From Bacteroidota bacterium (GTDB taxonomy: Bacteria > Bacteroidota > Bacteroidia > Flavobacteriales_C > GCA-002722245), in the NCBI GenBank assembly GCA_026390935.1, contig JAPLEZ010000152.1, positions 1,293 to 65,292 on the forward strand: a DNA stretch of 64,000 nucleotides, written 5' to 3'. Below, piece by piece: positions 31,245-41,597 of this stretch (position 1 is the first letter of the stretch; every line of letters starts with the position of its first letter). The notes below the pieces were generated by a model, which worked only from the letters and a program-made list of their open reading frames with translations, did not search any database and was not told the DNA's origin. Both the position numbers and the translations under genes were made by a program.

Positions 31245-32099
31245 TTAATTCCCCACCACTAAAATTTCCACCCTTCTGTTGAATTTCATCTCCAGTTCGG
31301 ATTTGGCATTTGGAAAAATCATTTGTGTGTTGCCAAAGCCTTTGTAGCCAAGACGGGATCCATCAATTCCATTTTTAATCAAATAATCGTAGATGGCTTT
31401 GGCTCTGCCTTCCGACAGTTGAAGGTTGTAATCGGAGTTTCTTTCTTTTGGTGCGTTAACGTGCCCGTGCACCTCAATTTTTAGTGTAGGGTTGTTTTTC
31501 ATCAAGTAAACTAAACTGGATAATTCTGAGCGGGAGCGAGGAATCATTTGCGTGGAATTGGCCTGAAACAAGATGTTGTTCAAAACCAGCTTGTCGCCCT
31601 TCTTATATTTTTTTTGGTACCATTTTAACTTTTTCTCTCTCTGCAGTGCAAGGATGTCATCGGTAATACGAGTATCCAGAAGCACCGTGTCACAATCGGT
31701 TTGCAGCACCACTACAAACTTTTTACCATGCTCCAGCTGTATTCTGTGGTTTTGTGAGCAGGTGGCGCAAAAGCATTGACCGTTTAAAATTTCTTCGGTC
31801 TCTAATGTTCTTTCAAAAGTGGTGAAGCCAATGCTTGGCAATATGGAATCTTCGTTGGTAGTGCAGTATTTGTTGTAGTCGTAAAAATCGTATTGCATAT
31901 GGCAAGAGGAATCCACCAGAAATTTCATGTCGTAAAAAGACGAATCCACATCAAACCAAAACAATTGCTTTTTTGATTTGACGAAGGAAAGGGGCTCTTC
32001 TGAAAGTATGTTGAGATGTGGGATTTTATCGCACGAAGGTCTTTGCGCCGCAAGCACGCCGGCAATAGATAGAAATATGAAAAGTGCTATGATGCGCAT
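31245..32099 (-). CDS. OmpA family protein
   Basis: Signal peptide; C-terminal OmpA-like peptidoglycan-binding domain (NLQLSEGRAKAIYDYL...FNRRVEILV). Confidence 0.75.
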   Translation of the reverse strand: MRIIALFIFLSIAGVLAAQRPSCDKIPHLNILSEEPLSFVKSKKQLFWFDVDSSFYDMKFLVDSSCHMQYDFYDYNKYCTTNEDSILPSIGFTTFERTLETEEILNGQCFCATCSQNHRIQLEHGKKFVVVLQTDCDTVLLDTRITDDILALQREKKLKWYQKKYKKGDKLVLNNILFQANSTQMIPRSRSELSSLVYLMKNNPTLKIEVHGHVNAPKERNSDYNLQLSEGRAKAIYDYLIKNGIDGSRLGYKGFGNTQMIFPNAKSELEMKFNRRVEILVVGN

Positions 32100-32191
32100 G
32101 ATTCTCTTGGAATATATTCTAAATATAAAGACTTCTTTTGGTATAAAGAAGATGATTTATGTGCGCTTATAACGCGTAGCTGCTATAAAAG

Positions 32192-32860
32192 TTACTTAGC
32201 TGTAATGATGATTTCCACTCTTCTGTTAGCGGCAGTTTCTTTTTCGTTGATGGCTGCAGGAAAGATCATTCTCGTATTGCCAAAGCCTTTTTTATCAATT
32301 CGGTTGGCTTTGATCCCGTGTTCCATTAAATACATTTGTACAGCCTGACAGCGGTCTTCGGATAGTTTTTGGTACGCTTCGGTGTTTGGTGATCCCGGAC
32401 CGTTGACATGTCCCTGAATAGAGATTTTTACGGTAGGATTTTTTTTAAGAAAGGCCACCAATTGATCCAATTCGGGAAAAGACTTTTCTATGAAAACCGC
32501 TTGGGATTCAACAAAGCGTACGTGTTGCAAAACGTAAACCTGCCCGGTGTCAATGCTTGCGCCAGCTTCATTTAAAGAGAATTCTTTCTTTTTGTAAATT
32601 CGCACAATTTCATTGCTTTCTTCTTGCGCTATTGTTATTTTTTTTGTTTCGCGTTGTTTCCCATATTTCACACAGTGATCGCAAAAACAGCGGCCGCTTA
32701 AATCAAGTTTAGTGGAATCCTGCGCTGAGAGAGCTGTTATAAAAAGAGAAGAAAGAATAAGAAAGTAAAGCTTTAGATCCTGAAACAAGTTCAGGATGAC
32801 ATTAGCAGCCCATTCTTTAATATACATTTTCATTTTTTGAGTATCGTTTACATTTGTCAT
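32192..32860 (-). CDS. OmpA family protein (start uncertain)
   Basis: C-terminal OmpA-like domain (KLSEDRCQAVQMYL...ANRRVEIIITAK); N-terminus overlaps a palindromic element, several candidate starts. Confidence 0.7.
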   Translation of the reverse strand: MTNVNDTQKMKMYIKEWAANVILNLFQDLKLYFLILSSLFITALSAQDSTKLDLSGRCFCDHCVKYGKQRETKKITIAQEESNEIVRIYKKKEFSLNEAGASIDTGQVYVLQHVRFVESQAVFIEKSFPELDQLVAFLKKNPTVKISIQGHVNGPGSPNTEAYQKLSEDRCQAVQMYLMEHGIKANRIDKKGFGNTRMIFPAAINEKETAANRRVEIIITAK

Positions 32861-32886
32861 CCTGAACTTGTTTCAGGATCTAATTA

Positions 32887-35610
32887 TTAATAATTCAAAT
32901 TTGGCGATAGCCATTTTTCAATAAATTCAACTGATTCACCTTTGCGTTGCGCGTATTGTTCCACCTGATCTTTTTCAATTTTACCGATACCGAAATACTT
33001 GCTTTGCGGATGTCCGAAATACCAGCCACTTACAGAGGAAGCAGGATACATGGCCAAACTATCTGTTAATTGGATACCAGCATTTTTCTCAGCATCGAGC
33101 AATTTAAAGATGGTCCATTTTTCGGTATGATCCGGACAAGCTGGATAGCCCGGTGCCGGACGAATTCCTTTGTATTCTTCTTTGATCAGATCTTCGTTGC
33201 TTAATTTTTCCTGAGCATCATAACCCCAAATTTCTTTACGTACTTTTTCATGCATGAATTCAGTGAAAGCCTCAGCCAATCTATCGGCTAATGCTTTAAG
33301 TAAAATGCTGGAATAGTCGTCGTGATCCTTCTCAAATCTTTCCAAATGAGGTTCAATGCCCAAACCTGTAGTAACTGCGAAAGCGCCCATATAGTCGGCC
33401 AAGCCTGTTGTTTTAGGAGCAACGAAATCGGCTAGCGACATGTTGTAAGCATCGTCGGTTTTTTTCGATTGCTGACGCACCATGTGAAATTTATCCAATA
33501 CATTTTTGCGTGTATCATCGGTGTACAATTCAATGTCGTCACCAACTGCATTAGCAGGCCACAAGCCAATTACGGCTTTATTGGTCAACCAATTTTCGGC
33601 AACAATTTGTTTCAACATTTTTTGCGCGTCGTTGTACACTGTTGTTGCTTCAGCACCTACTACTTTGTCTTCTAAAATTTTAGGGAATTTTCCGTGGAGT
33701 TCCCAGGTTTGGAAGAAAGGAGTCCAATCGATGTAAGGAACAATTTCTTCCAGTTTAACATCGGTGATGGTTTTAACTCCGAGGAATTTTGGTTTTACAA
33801 TATCACTCGCTTTCCATTCAATAGGGAAGTGGTTGGCTTGTGCTTCTTCAATGGTGATGGTATCTTTTTGTGCTTTTTTCTTGGCGTGGTTGATGCGCAT
33901 ACGGTCGTACTCGGCCTGTACATCTTCAATGTATTTCGCTTTGTTATCACCTAACAATGAGTTGGCAACAGTAACGGCGCGGGAAGCGTCAAGTACGTGA
34001 ACGGCTTGATTTCCGGTATAATGCTGATCAATTTTAACGGCAGTGTGCACTTTTGATGTTGTAGCTCCACCAATCAACAATGGAATTTTAAATCCTTCAC
34101 GTTCCATTTCTTTGGCTACGTAAACCATTTCATCCAAAGACGGAGTGATTAATCCGCTCAAACCGATAATATCTACATTGTGTTTTTTAGCTTCGGCCAG
34201 AATTTTATCGCAAGGAATCATCACTCCTAAGTCGATGATTTCATAGTTGTTACAAGCTAAAACAACACCTACAATATTTTTACCGATATCGTGCACATCG
34301 CCTTTAACTGTTGCTAACAATACTTTTCCTGCAGAGGTGTTGGTTCCTTCGGCTTTGTCGGCTTCCAAGAAAGGCAGTAAGTAAGCGACGGCTTTTTTCA
34401 TTACACGAGCGCTTTTCACCACTTGTGGCAAAAACATTTTTCCGCTTCCGAATAAATCTCCAACAACATTCATTCCGTCCATTAACGGACCTTCGATGAT
34501 GTGCAGCGGACGTGCGTATTTGTGGCGCGCTTCTTCCACGTCGATTTCAACGAAGTCAGCAATACCTTTTACCAATGCGTGTTCCAAGCGTTTTTCAACT
34601 GTTTCAGATCTCCAGGCGTCATCTGCTTTTTTCTCTTTCACGCCACCTTTTACTGATTCGGCAAATTCCAATAATCTTTCAGTAGCATCGTCTCTTCTGT
34701 CCAATAAAACATCTTCAACGCGTTCCAATAAATCTTTGTTGATGTCGTCGTAAACCTCCAACATAGCAGGATTCACGATACCCATGTCCATACCTTCTTT
34801 AATGGCGTGGAACAAGAAAGCCGAGTGAATAGCTTCACGCATAGGATTATTTCCTCTAAAAGAAAACGACACGTTACTTACACCACCGCTCACGTGAGCA
34901 GCAGGTAGGTTTTCGCGCACCCAGCGGGTAGCTTGGAAGAAGTCGATAGCATTTTTTCTGTGCTCCTCCATCCCTGTAGCGACAGGGAAAATATTTAAGT
35001 CGAAGATGATGTCTTGCGGAGCGAAATTTACTTTCGGACCAACCAATAAATCATAAGATCGTTTTACAATTTCAATTCTTCTTTGATAATTATCGGCCTG
35101 TCCCACTTCATCAAAAGCCATAACAATTACGGCAGCACCGTACTTTTTGACTTGTTTTGCTTCCCAGATGAATCTTTCTTCCCCCACTTTTAAGGAGATG
35201 GAATTCACGATACATTTTCCCTGCACGCACTTCAATCCTTCCTCAATGATTTCCCATTTGGAAGAATCGATCATGATGGGCACCTTAGCGATATCGGGCT
35301 CTGCGGCGATCAAGTTCAAAAAGCGTTTCATGGATTCAACACCGTCAATCATCCCTTCATCCATATTGATGTCGATGACTTGCGCGCCACCTTCCACCTG
35401 GTCGCGAGCAACCACTAAAGCTTCATCGTATTTTTCTTCTTTGATCAAGCGCAAAAATGCTTTTGATCCGGTAACGTTGGTACGTTCACCAATGTTGACG
35501 AAATTGGTTTCAGGAGTTACAATTAATGGCTCCAATCCGCTCAATCGCAGAGAGGGATAATTGTGCCATTTGTATTTGTAATCGCCGGGATAATCAGGAT
35601 GCAGAGGCAT
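32887..35610 (-). CDS. metH: methionine synthase, pterin-binding + cobalamin-binding + AdoMet-activation modules (split MetH)
   Basis: Pterin-binding (ERTNVTGS...), B12-binding ([15 protein letters not shown]), and C-terminal activation domain; lacks the N-terminal Hcy domain, which is encoded separately upstream. Confidence 0.85.
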   Translation of the reverse strand: MPLHPDYPGDYKYKWHNYPSLRLSGLEPLIVTPETNFVNIGERTNVTGSKAFLRLIKEEKYDEALVVARDQVEGGAQVIDINMDEGMIDGVESMKRFLNLIAAEPDIAKVPIMIDSSKWEIIEEGLKCVQGKCIVNSISLKVGEERFIWEAKQVKKYGAAVIVMAFDEVGQADNYQRRIEIVKRSYDLLVGPKVNFAPQDIIFDLNIFPVATGMEEHRKNAIDFFQATRWVRENLPAAHVSGGVSNVSFSFRGNNPMREAIHSAFLFHAIKEGMDMGIVNPAMLEVYDDINKDLLERVEDVLLDRRDDATERLLEFAESVKGGVKEKKADDAWRSETVEKRLEHALVKGIADFVEIDVEEARHKYARPLHIIEGPLMDGMNVVGDLFGSGKMFLPQVVKSARVMKKAVAYLLPFLEADKAEGTNTSAGKVLLATVKGDVHDIGKNIVGVVLACNNYEIIDLGVMIPCDKILAEAKKHNVDIIGLSGLITPSLDEMVYVAKEMEREGFKIPLLIGGATTSKVHTAVKIDQHYTGNQAVHVLDASRAVTVANSLLGDNKAKYIEDVQAEYDRMRINHAKKKAQKDTITIEEAQANHFPIEWKASDIVKPKFLGVKTITDVKLEEIVPYIDWTPFFQTWELHGKFPKILEDKVVGAEATTVYNDAQKMLKQIVAENWLTNKAVIGLWPANAVGDDIELYTDDTRKNVLDKFHMVRQQSKKTDDAYNMSLADFVAPKTTGLADYMGAFAVTTGLGIEPHLERFEKDHDDYSSILLKALADRLAEAFTEFMHEKVRKEIWGYDAQEKLSNEDLIKEEYKGIRPAPGYPACPDHTEKWTIFKLLDAEKNAGIQLTDSLAMYPASSVSGWYFGHPQSKYFGIGKIEKDQVEQYAQRKGESVEFIEKWLSPNLNY

Positions 35611-35612
35611 AG

Positions 35613-36002
35613 TTAGTTCACAGTTTTAAGTTCACGGTTCATAGTTTTTTCTGAAAGGGAGTTTTTAAGTCCTTGAATCATTTTAACCAGTTCTTCTATT
35701 TCAGTATATAATTTTTGAAATTGAATTTCATTAATAATATTTCTTGCTTTTGCAAGATGCAGACATGCCACTACTTCGATGCCTGATCGTTGTGCAATAG
35801 ATAAAAATCTTGAAAACTCTTTTTTTGATTGGCCAATAGCACCTTCAGCGATGTTTAGTCCAACAGAGTCTGCAGCACGTTTTATTTGTGAAGAAAGAAT
35901 ATATAATTCTTCCTTTGGAAAAGTAAGAGTTAACTCATGAATGTCCTTAGACAATGCAAGAGCTTTCTGCCATATTTTTAATTTTTCAAAACTAAAAGCC
36001 AT
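35613..36002 (-). CDS. four-helix-bundle protein (23S rRNA intervening-sequence protein family)
   Basis: 129 aa; [46 protein letters not shown] matches the TIGR02436-type family; inserted between the two metH modules. Confidence 0.75.
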   Translation of the reverse strand: MAFSFEKLKIWQKALALSKDIHELTLTFPKEELYILSSQIKRAADSVGLNIAEGAIGQSKKEFSRFLSIAQRSGIEVVACLHLAKARNIINEIQFQKLYTEIEELVKMIQGLKNSLSEKTMNRELKTVN

Positions 36003-36006
36003 TCTG

Positions 36007-37029
36007 CTAACTGTGAACTGTGAGCTCTAAACTGAGAACTTTTCTCGGTTTGTATTTCGCAGCAGCATCAGCAATCGCTTTGATGTGCGCAGGTGTTGTA
36101 CCACAGCAACCTCCAATGATGTTCACCAGGCCTCTGTCTAAGAAGCCAACGATTTGTTTTTGCATATCGGATGGAGACTCATCGTATTCTCCCATCTCGT
36201 TTGGCAAGCCAGCGTTAGGGTGAGCACTCACACCAAAGGAAGTGTTGTTGGATAAAACTTCTAAATAAGGTCTCATCAAATCGGCGCCCAATGCGCAATT
36301 GAAACCTACACTGAGTAAATCCATATGTGATACTGAAGTTAAAAATGCTTCAGCAGTTTGACCCGATAATGTTCGTCCGCTGGCATCGGTAATGGTGCCA
36401 GAAATCATCACGGGAAGATTGGTTCCTAGTTCTTCCTGCACGTTACTAATGGCTACCATAGCGGATTTCGCGTTGAGCGTATCAAAAATAGTTTCCACCA
36501 AAAGGATGTCAACGCCACCTTCAATCAATGCTTTTACTTGTTCAGAATATGCAACCACTAATTGATCAAAAGTAACGGCTCTATAGCCCGGGTCATTTAC
36601 ATCTGGCGACATTGATGCAGTTCTGTTCGTTGGACCAATAGAACCTGCTACATACCTCGGTTTATCTGGGTTTTTGGCAGTGTATTCATCTGCAGCTTCT
36701 TTGGCGATTTTTGCTGAACAGTAGTTGATGTCATACACTGCATGTTCCAAATGGTAATCGGCCTGAGCGATGGTAGTACCACTAAAAGTATTGGTTTCTA
36801 AGATATCAGCACCAGCTTCTAAATAAAGGCAGTGAATTTCTTTCAATACATCGGGACGAGATATACCAACTAAATCGTTGTTCCCTTTGAGGGAATGCGG
36901 ATGATCCTTAAATTTTTCACCCCTGAAATCTTCTTCTGTAAGATTATAGGTTTGAATCAAGCTTCCCATTGCGCCGTCCAGCACAAGGATGCGATCTTTC
37001 AATACTTCTCTGACGTCTGGTTTGTTCAT
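36007..37029 (-). CDS. homocysteine S-methyltransferase domain protein (MetH N-terminal Hcy-binding module as a separate ORF)
   Basis: [13 protein letters not shown]...ETNTF...[11 protein letters not shown] zinc/Hcy-binding motifs; first gene after SAM riboswitch. Confidence 0.85.
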   Translation of the reverse strand: MNKPDVREVLKDRILVLDGAMGSLIQTYNLTEEDFRGEKFKDHPHSLKGNNDLVGISRPDVLKEIHCLYLEAGADILETNTFSGTTIAQADYHLEHAVYDINYCSAKIAKEAADEYTAKNPDKPRYVAGSIGPTNRTASMSPDVNDPGYRAVTFDQLVVAYSEQVKALIEGGVDILLVETIFDTLNAKSAMVAISNVQEELGTNLPVMISGTITDASGRTLSGQTAEAFLTSVSHMDLLSVGFNCALGADLMRPYLEVLSNNTSFGVSAHPNAGLPNEMGEYDESPSDMQKQIVGFLDRGLVNIIGGCCGTTPAHIKAIADAAAKYKPRKVLSLELTVHS

Positions 37030-37045
37030 ATTTTACAAATCATTT

Positions 37046-37085
37046 AAAAACAAAAAAGCCCTTCCTGAATCTTCAAGAAGGGCGC
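37046..37085 (-). terminator. riboswitch expression-platform terminator
   Basis: On minus strand gcccttcttgaagattcaggaagggc hairpin followed by UUUUUUGUUUUU, between aptamer and start codon. Confidence 0.7.
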
Positions 37086-37120
37086 ATAAGTTTATATAGA
37101 TAAATTTTTTTACAATTTAC

Positions 37121-37225
37121 GTTTCTTATTTTGCCCTTTGCAGGGTTGGAATTAGCACCTGTTCCAGTAACGGAATGGTTGCCAAGGTTTCGTAGGGCCA
37201 GTCCCTCCACCTTTCTTAATAAGCA
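37121..37225 (-). promoter_or_regulatory. SAM-I (S-box) riboswitch aptamer
   Basis: Minus-strand sequence CUUAUUAAGAAAGGUGGAGGGACUGGCCCUACGAAACCUUGGCAACC...GGUGCUAAUUCCAACCCUGCAAAGGGCAAAAUAAGAA matches the SAM-I consensus (P1-P4, kink-turn, pseudoknot nucleotides) upstream of a methionine synthase operon. Confidence 0.9.
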
Positions 37226-37261
37226 ATGTTTAAAGAACGAATGATGCAAATGTACAAAAAA

Positions 37262-37609
37262 CTATTTCCGATGTATAATAGAATTGAATTTTTCTTTGAT
37301 TTTTTTTCTGAAAAAATACCAAACTAGTCCCGCTAAAATAATATAAGGAACAACCGCCAATATTAAAATCCCCGTGTTCAGTCCTCTTCCGTACGATTGA
37401 TCCATATCGGAAAGATTACTTCCGTTTTTCAAACCTGATTCGGCTACTGCTTTGCATTGAGAGCATTGGGCGTAGAGAGCATTTGCGCCGGATAAGAATA
37501 GGAAAAATATGAGGAGTAATTTTTTCACGAGGTAAAAATACAGGATTCTGTCTTCTTTTCTAAAGAAGCAAAGACTTACTTTTTTGTCTTGAAACAAAAA
37601 AGTAAGCAA
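37262..37609 (-). CDS. small secreted/membrane protein, hypothetical (annotated N-terminus probably too long)
   Basis: Signal-like LLLIFFLFLSGANALYAQ and C-terminal TM + KK tail; upstream part of ORF overlaps repeat copy B so true start is likely a non-ATG codon near 37525. Confidence 0.4.
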   Translation of the reverse strand: MLTFLFQDKKVSLCFFRKEDRILYFYLVKKLLLIFFLFLSGANALYAQCSQCKAVAESGLKNGSNLSDMDQSYGRGLNTGILILAVVPYIILAGLVWYFFRKKIKEKFNSIIHRK

Positions 37610-37764
37610 AAAAATTCAAGAGCCAAGATATGCTTCCTCCCGCCTCGGCAAAAACGCGTTGCCTGCGGCCGCGCTTTTTGCCTCATCTCCACCGCTGGCC
37701 CGCATCTTGGCTCAGGCCTGCGCACGAAGTTACCCTCCCGTTGCGTGAAGTAGTTTTTCAGGAA
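37605..37764 (+). repeat. GC-rich structured element, copy B (paralogue of 25074-25232)
   Basis: Same architecture as copy A with compensatory stem changes (cttacttttttg/caaaaaagtaag versus gatactttttg/caaaaagtatc; gagccaagat.tgc/gcatcttggctc versus gagccaagag/ctcttggctc). Confidence 0.55.
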
Positions 37765-37829
37765 ATGCCAGCTAACTAACTCTCCTCCTTTTCAAGGAGG
37801 AGTACCCGAAGGGGGAGGTGGTTATTTTA

Positions 37830-38348
37830 TTAATAATAAGGAGCAAGGAAAACATATACCAAAACCCCAGTGAGTGTTACGTATAGCCAAATAGGGTAGG
37901 TCCAACGCACCAGTTTTTTATGGTTTTGAATATCGTTGGTTAATCCACGGTAATATGAAAACAAAATCATTGGAAGGGACACCGCTGCCAGAATGATGTG
38001 TGAGAAGAGTATTGAATAGTAGAGTATGGTGTATTCGCCTTCATATTTTGTGTCGGCATTGAAGAGATGATAAACCACATACGACAGCAAAAACAAAACA
38101 GATAAAATCATTGCTAAAGTGTTGATGCGCTTATGCATGACGATGTTTTTTTGTTTGATCATCAGTAAAGAAAGTATGAGTAAAATGAAGCACGTTCCGT
38201 TAACGATCGCGTTAAATTTGGGAAGCATCTTCGTGAAGGGCATATCGGTAATCGTAGTTTTTTGCAATTCGTGAAGAGAAAGCACAAGTGCGAAAACTAC
38301 TACTGTGAAAATCCAGATCGCTTTTTCAATTTTTTTATTTGGCTGCAT
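37830..38348 (-). CDS. DUF420 family membrane protein (cytochrome-oxidase-associated)
   Basis: Four TM segments; genomic context with SCO1/cox genes. Confidence 0.6.
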   Translation of the reverse strand: MQPNKKIEKAIWIFTVVVFALVLSLHELQKTTITDMPFTKMLPKFNAIVNGTCFILLILSLLMIKQKNIVMHKRINTLAMILSVLFLLSYVVYHLFNADTKYEGEYTILYYSILFSHIILAAVSLPMILFSYYRGLTNDIQNHKKLVRWTYPIWLYVTLTGVLVYVFLAPYY

Positions 38349-39045
38349 TTTTTAAAATTTTAATGTCTTTAATTAATTGGTTGACTTCGTTGGAATCGGT
38401 TCCAGAATAAAATCCGCGGATTCTGCTATGCTGGTCGATTAGCACCAGTTTGTCGCTGTGAAGAAAATCGATAGTATCATTGCGGTATTCAGGTTCAACG
38501 AGCAAAAATCCTTTTTGTCCGAGGCGGTAAATTTTTTGTTTTTCTCCGGTGCAGAAGCTCCATTGCTGGGGATTTGCGCCATTTTTTTCAGCGTAGCTTT
38601 TTAAAACTTCACTTTTGTCTTTGTCGGGATCAACAGTAAAAGAAATGATTTTTAGTGTTGTGTCTCCTTCAAATTCTTTTTGCACTCGGGTGAGTTGTTT
38701 GGTCATTAACGGACAAATACTCGGACAAGTAGTAAAGAAGAAATCGGCCACGTAAATTTTGCCATGGAAAGAGATGCTGTTTACAATTTGATTTTCTTGA
38801 TTGACAAATGAAAAATCAGGAATCGTATGGTAAATGGTGTCTCCGGTGATAGAATCAAAATCAGGTTCTCCTAATATGGGAGGATAGATTCCTGTGTTTT
38901 CATAGGAGATTTGAGGATTTTCATCTTTTGCTTGTGGTTGACAGCCAAGCAATAAAAACGCAAAAAGTAAAGCGCATAACTTTAAACTTTGAACTTTAAA
39001 CTTTGAACTTTTACCGTTGTTCAATTGTTTTTTTAACCGCAGCAT
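38335..39045 (-). CDS. SCO1/SenC family copper chaperone (thioredoxin fold)
   Basis: FFFTTCPSICPLM CxxxC motif and the conserved His in LVLIDQHSRIRGFY; lipoprotein signal LLGC. Confidence 0.8.
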   Translation of the reverse strand: MLRLKKQLNNGKSSKFKVQSLKLCALLFAFLLLGCQPQAKDENPQISYENTGIYPPILGEPDFDSITGDTIYHTIPDFSFVNQENQIVNSISFHGKIYVADFFFTTCPSICPLMTKQLTRVQKEFEGDTTLKIISFTVDPDKDKSEVLKSYAEKNGANPQQWSFCTGEKQKIYRLGQKGFLLVEPEYRNDTIDFLHSDKLVLIDQHSRIRGFYSGTDSNEVNQLIKDIKILKNAAK

Positions 39046-39787
39046 ATTCGTTGTTTAAGCGCTTGAGTCGACCAGTAATTTCTTTTGCGTCCTTCAAACC
39101 GGTAAAAGGAAACATGGCGCGAATTCGTCGTTGTCGGTCGATAATCACGTACGGAGGAAAATATACATTTGTGTAATATTTCCTCAGTGTAGTATCCAAT
39201 TCGGCTTCTGATAGTTTGAAATCATTGTACAGTTTATTCCATTGTGAATGCGGAACTTTAAAGGTTTGCCACAGCGGCTGTGCTGCAATAAAATCTTTGG
39301 GACTAGCCGTTGGCCAAGTTAATTTTCCTGTTGAATCTTCTTCAAAAAATGAAGCTATACGCGCCCCTTTGTGTGCTACTAAAATTCGCTCTATGTAGAG
39401 TAGATGTTTGTCCCAGCGGTCTTTCAATGAGTCGGGAAAAAACGTGATAACGTAGGTGGTTGAATCCGACATGGATTGCAGTGAATCATTGAATGCACTT
39501 GGGAATTTTTCAAGCGGAGCCGAATAGTAGCCTTTGGTTTTTTCGCCATTGGCGTCAGTTACTTCTTCTTGGTAATACTTAGGCAATTGGCCCATGCCCT
39601 TGCCATAAAAAATGAGTGCCATTGCAATTAAGAATGGCACTACAAATAATCCGATAAATAAAATTCTTTTTTTGGAGCCTGAAATTTCCATTACAATGTC
39701 ATCCCGTGTCCAACAGCAACTGCTTCGTACAAAGCAATAAATATCAGATACAAAAGGAACATGATATAAGGTGCAAGAATCATCCAT
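39011..39787 (-). CDS. hypothetical membrane-anchored protein in cox cluster (probable start at 39691)
   Basis: Internal Met MEISGSKKRILFIGLFVVPFLIAMALIFY gives N-terminal TM anchor and start codon overlapping coxIV stop. Confidence 0.45.
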   Translation of the reverse strand: MDDSCTLYHVPFVSDIYCFVRSSCCWTRDDIVMEISGSKKRILFIGLFVVPFLIAMALIFYGKGMGQLPKYYQEEVTDANGEKTKGYYSAPLEKFPSAFNDSLQSMSDSTTYVITFFPDSLKDRWDKHLLYIERILVAHKGARIASFFEEDSTGKLTWPTASPKDFIAAQPLWQTFKVPHSQWNKLYNDFKLSEAELDTTLRKYYTNVYFPPYVIIDRQRRIRAMFPFTGLKDAKEITGRLKRLNNEYAAVKKTIEQR

Positions 39788-40068
39788 TTAAAGTGTTTGC
39801 GCTCTTCGCCCAAATGCATGAACACCAATACAATGTATCCGGCTTTAATTAAAGTAAGAGCAATGTATCCAATTTTGATGCTGGTCCAAAGTCCAGGATT
39901 AGCAAACTCATTCGCAGAGCGAGAGATAAACACACCTACAACAACTTCCACTATCGTTATGATAGATAAAAGCGCAGTAACGAAATAAATTTTCTTTCTG
40001 ATTTTTACACCTTCCTCTGCAGAGTGGTGAGCGTGTAACGAATATTCTATAATGTCATCTCTTTCCAT
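39691..40068 (-). CDS. cytochrome c oxidase subunit IV (prokaryotic type)
   Basis: 125 aa, three TM segments, follows coxIII genes. Confidence 0.65.
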   Translation of the reverse strand: MERDDIIEYSLHAHHSAEEGVKIRKKIYFVTALLSIITIVEVVVGVFISRSANEFANPGLWTSIKIGYIALTLIKAGYIVLVFMHLGEERKHFKWMILAPYIMFLLYLIFIALYEAVAVGHGMTL

Positions 40069-40112
40069 AAATCTTATGTTTAAAGTTGAATGTTAAAAGT
40101 TCAATGTTTTAA

Positions 40113-40862
40113 TTATACGAGGTAGTAGAAGGTAAATACGAATACCCAAACCAAGTCGATAAAGTGCCAGTACAAACCAACTTTCTCTACCATTTCGTAG
40201 TGACCGCGTTTTTCGTAAGTACCACCCAAAACATTCATTAATATAATGAAGTTGAATAGAACTCCCGTGAATACGTGGAATCCGTGGAAACCTGTAATGA
40301 AGAAGAAGAACATTGCATAAGCATGCGGACCTTCTTGTCCTAATTTAGCAGCTCCGTCAACCATTTCACCGGTTGGCAAAAAGAAATTTTGTTTTAAAGT
40401 GGCGTTATCTGCCCATGTGGTAATATCACCATCTGGTCCAGCGATGAAAGTGCTCCACTCCCAAACCTGAGAACCTAAGAAGATCAAACCACCTACAACG
40501 GTTAATGCTAACCAGAAGGCCACTTTCTTTTTGTCCATTCGGTGACCGGCCTCAACAGCCAACACCATGGTAACAGAAGAAATGATTAAGATAAAAGTCA
40601 TGAACGCTACATAGAGTAGCGGAAGATGTGCGTGTGTAAATGGAAAGTGGGTGAAAACCTGTTCCGACGATGGCCAGAACTCACCGGCTGTAACGGCAGC
40701 GTGACGTGCAAATCCAAGTGCAACCAACAACCCACCAAAGGTAAGGGCATCGGAAACGAGGAAGATCCACATCATCATTTTTCCGTAACTGATGCTGAAA
40801 GGGGATACTTTACCTCCCCAGAGAACTTTGCTTTCAATAGTTTTTGATGCTTCTCCTGACAT
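40113..40862 (-). CDS. cytochrome c oxidase subunit III
   Basis: Heme-copper oxidase subunit III fold, YWHFIDLVWVFVFTFYYL C-terminal motif. Confidence 0.8.
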   Translation of the reverse strand: MSGEASKTIESKVLWGGKVSPFSISYGKMMMWIFLVSDALTFGGLLVALGFARHAAVTAGEFWPSSEQVFTHFPFTHAHLPLLYVAFMTFILIISSVTMVLAVEAGHRMDKKKVAFWLALTVVGGLIFLGSQVWEWSTFIAGPDGDITTWADNATLKQNFFLPTGEMVDGAAKLGQEGPHAYAMFFFFITGFHGFHVFTGVLFNFIILMNVLGGTYEKRGHYEMVEKVGLYWHFIDLVWVFVFTFYYLV

Positions 40863-40871
40863 AACTAAGAT

Positions 40872-41597
40872 TTAAAAAAATGTTAAAAATGCGAACAAAT
40901 ATAACCACAAAAAATCTAAAAAATGCCAATAAATCGAACTTACTTGCATCCCTAAATAATTTTCTGGAGTGTACTTTCCACGTAACGTCTTGATAAACAC
41001 GAACAAAAGAGAAAGTAGACCCCCAATTAAATGTACAATATGAATTCCTGTTAAGGCAAAAATGTAGGAAGCAGTGCGATTTACTTTTTCAAAATCTAAG
41101 TTTTCAATCGGTTTTAAATAGCCCGCATCAATGGGGTCGTAAAATAAACCACCTCTTTCTGTAAGCTCAATGTCGTTTTTTACCAACACGTAATCCTTGC
41201 CGTACTCCCCTTTTTCAATCACTGTAGATACTTTTCCGTTGGAAAAGAAAGATCCTTTTTCGTTCAATTGATCAAAGCCTTTTTTCTGATAAATAATGAA
41301 AAGCACACCAAGCACTAAGGTTAATCCGATAAGTCCTTTAGCAGCTGCAAGTTTATTTTTGGCCACGCATCGCTGTCCTAAATAAAAGGTAATACTACTT
41401 AAAACAATGATGACCGAACTGATCATAAATTCATCGGGCAGAATTATTTTAATCCAAATGTTATCAGCTTTTGAAACGATATAACCGCTGCTAAATCCTG
41501 CAAAGAGCATGATGATAGAAGCAATGGCAATCCACATCAAAGGTTTGTACACCTTTTTGTTAATTTCTTCGCGTTCGCTTTTGGAGATTCTGGCCAT
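40872..41597 (-). CDS. cytochrome c oxidase subunit III family protein (second copy)
   Basis: C-terminal SSIYWHFLDFLWLYLFAFLTF subunit III motif; N-terminal divergent region. Confidence 0.7.
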   Translation of the reverse strand: MARISKSEREEINKKVYKPLMWIAIASIIMLFAGFSSGYIVSKADNIWIKIILPDEFMISSVIIVLSSITFYLGQRCVAKNKLAAAKGLIGLTLVLGVLFIIYQKKGFDQLNEKGSFFSNGKVSTVIEKGEYGKDYVLVKNDIELTERGGLFYDPIDAGYLKPIENLDFEKVNRTASYIFALTGIHIVHLIGGLLSLLFVFIKTLRGKYTPENYLGMQVSSIYWHFLDFLWLYLFAFLTFF

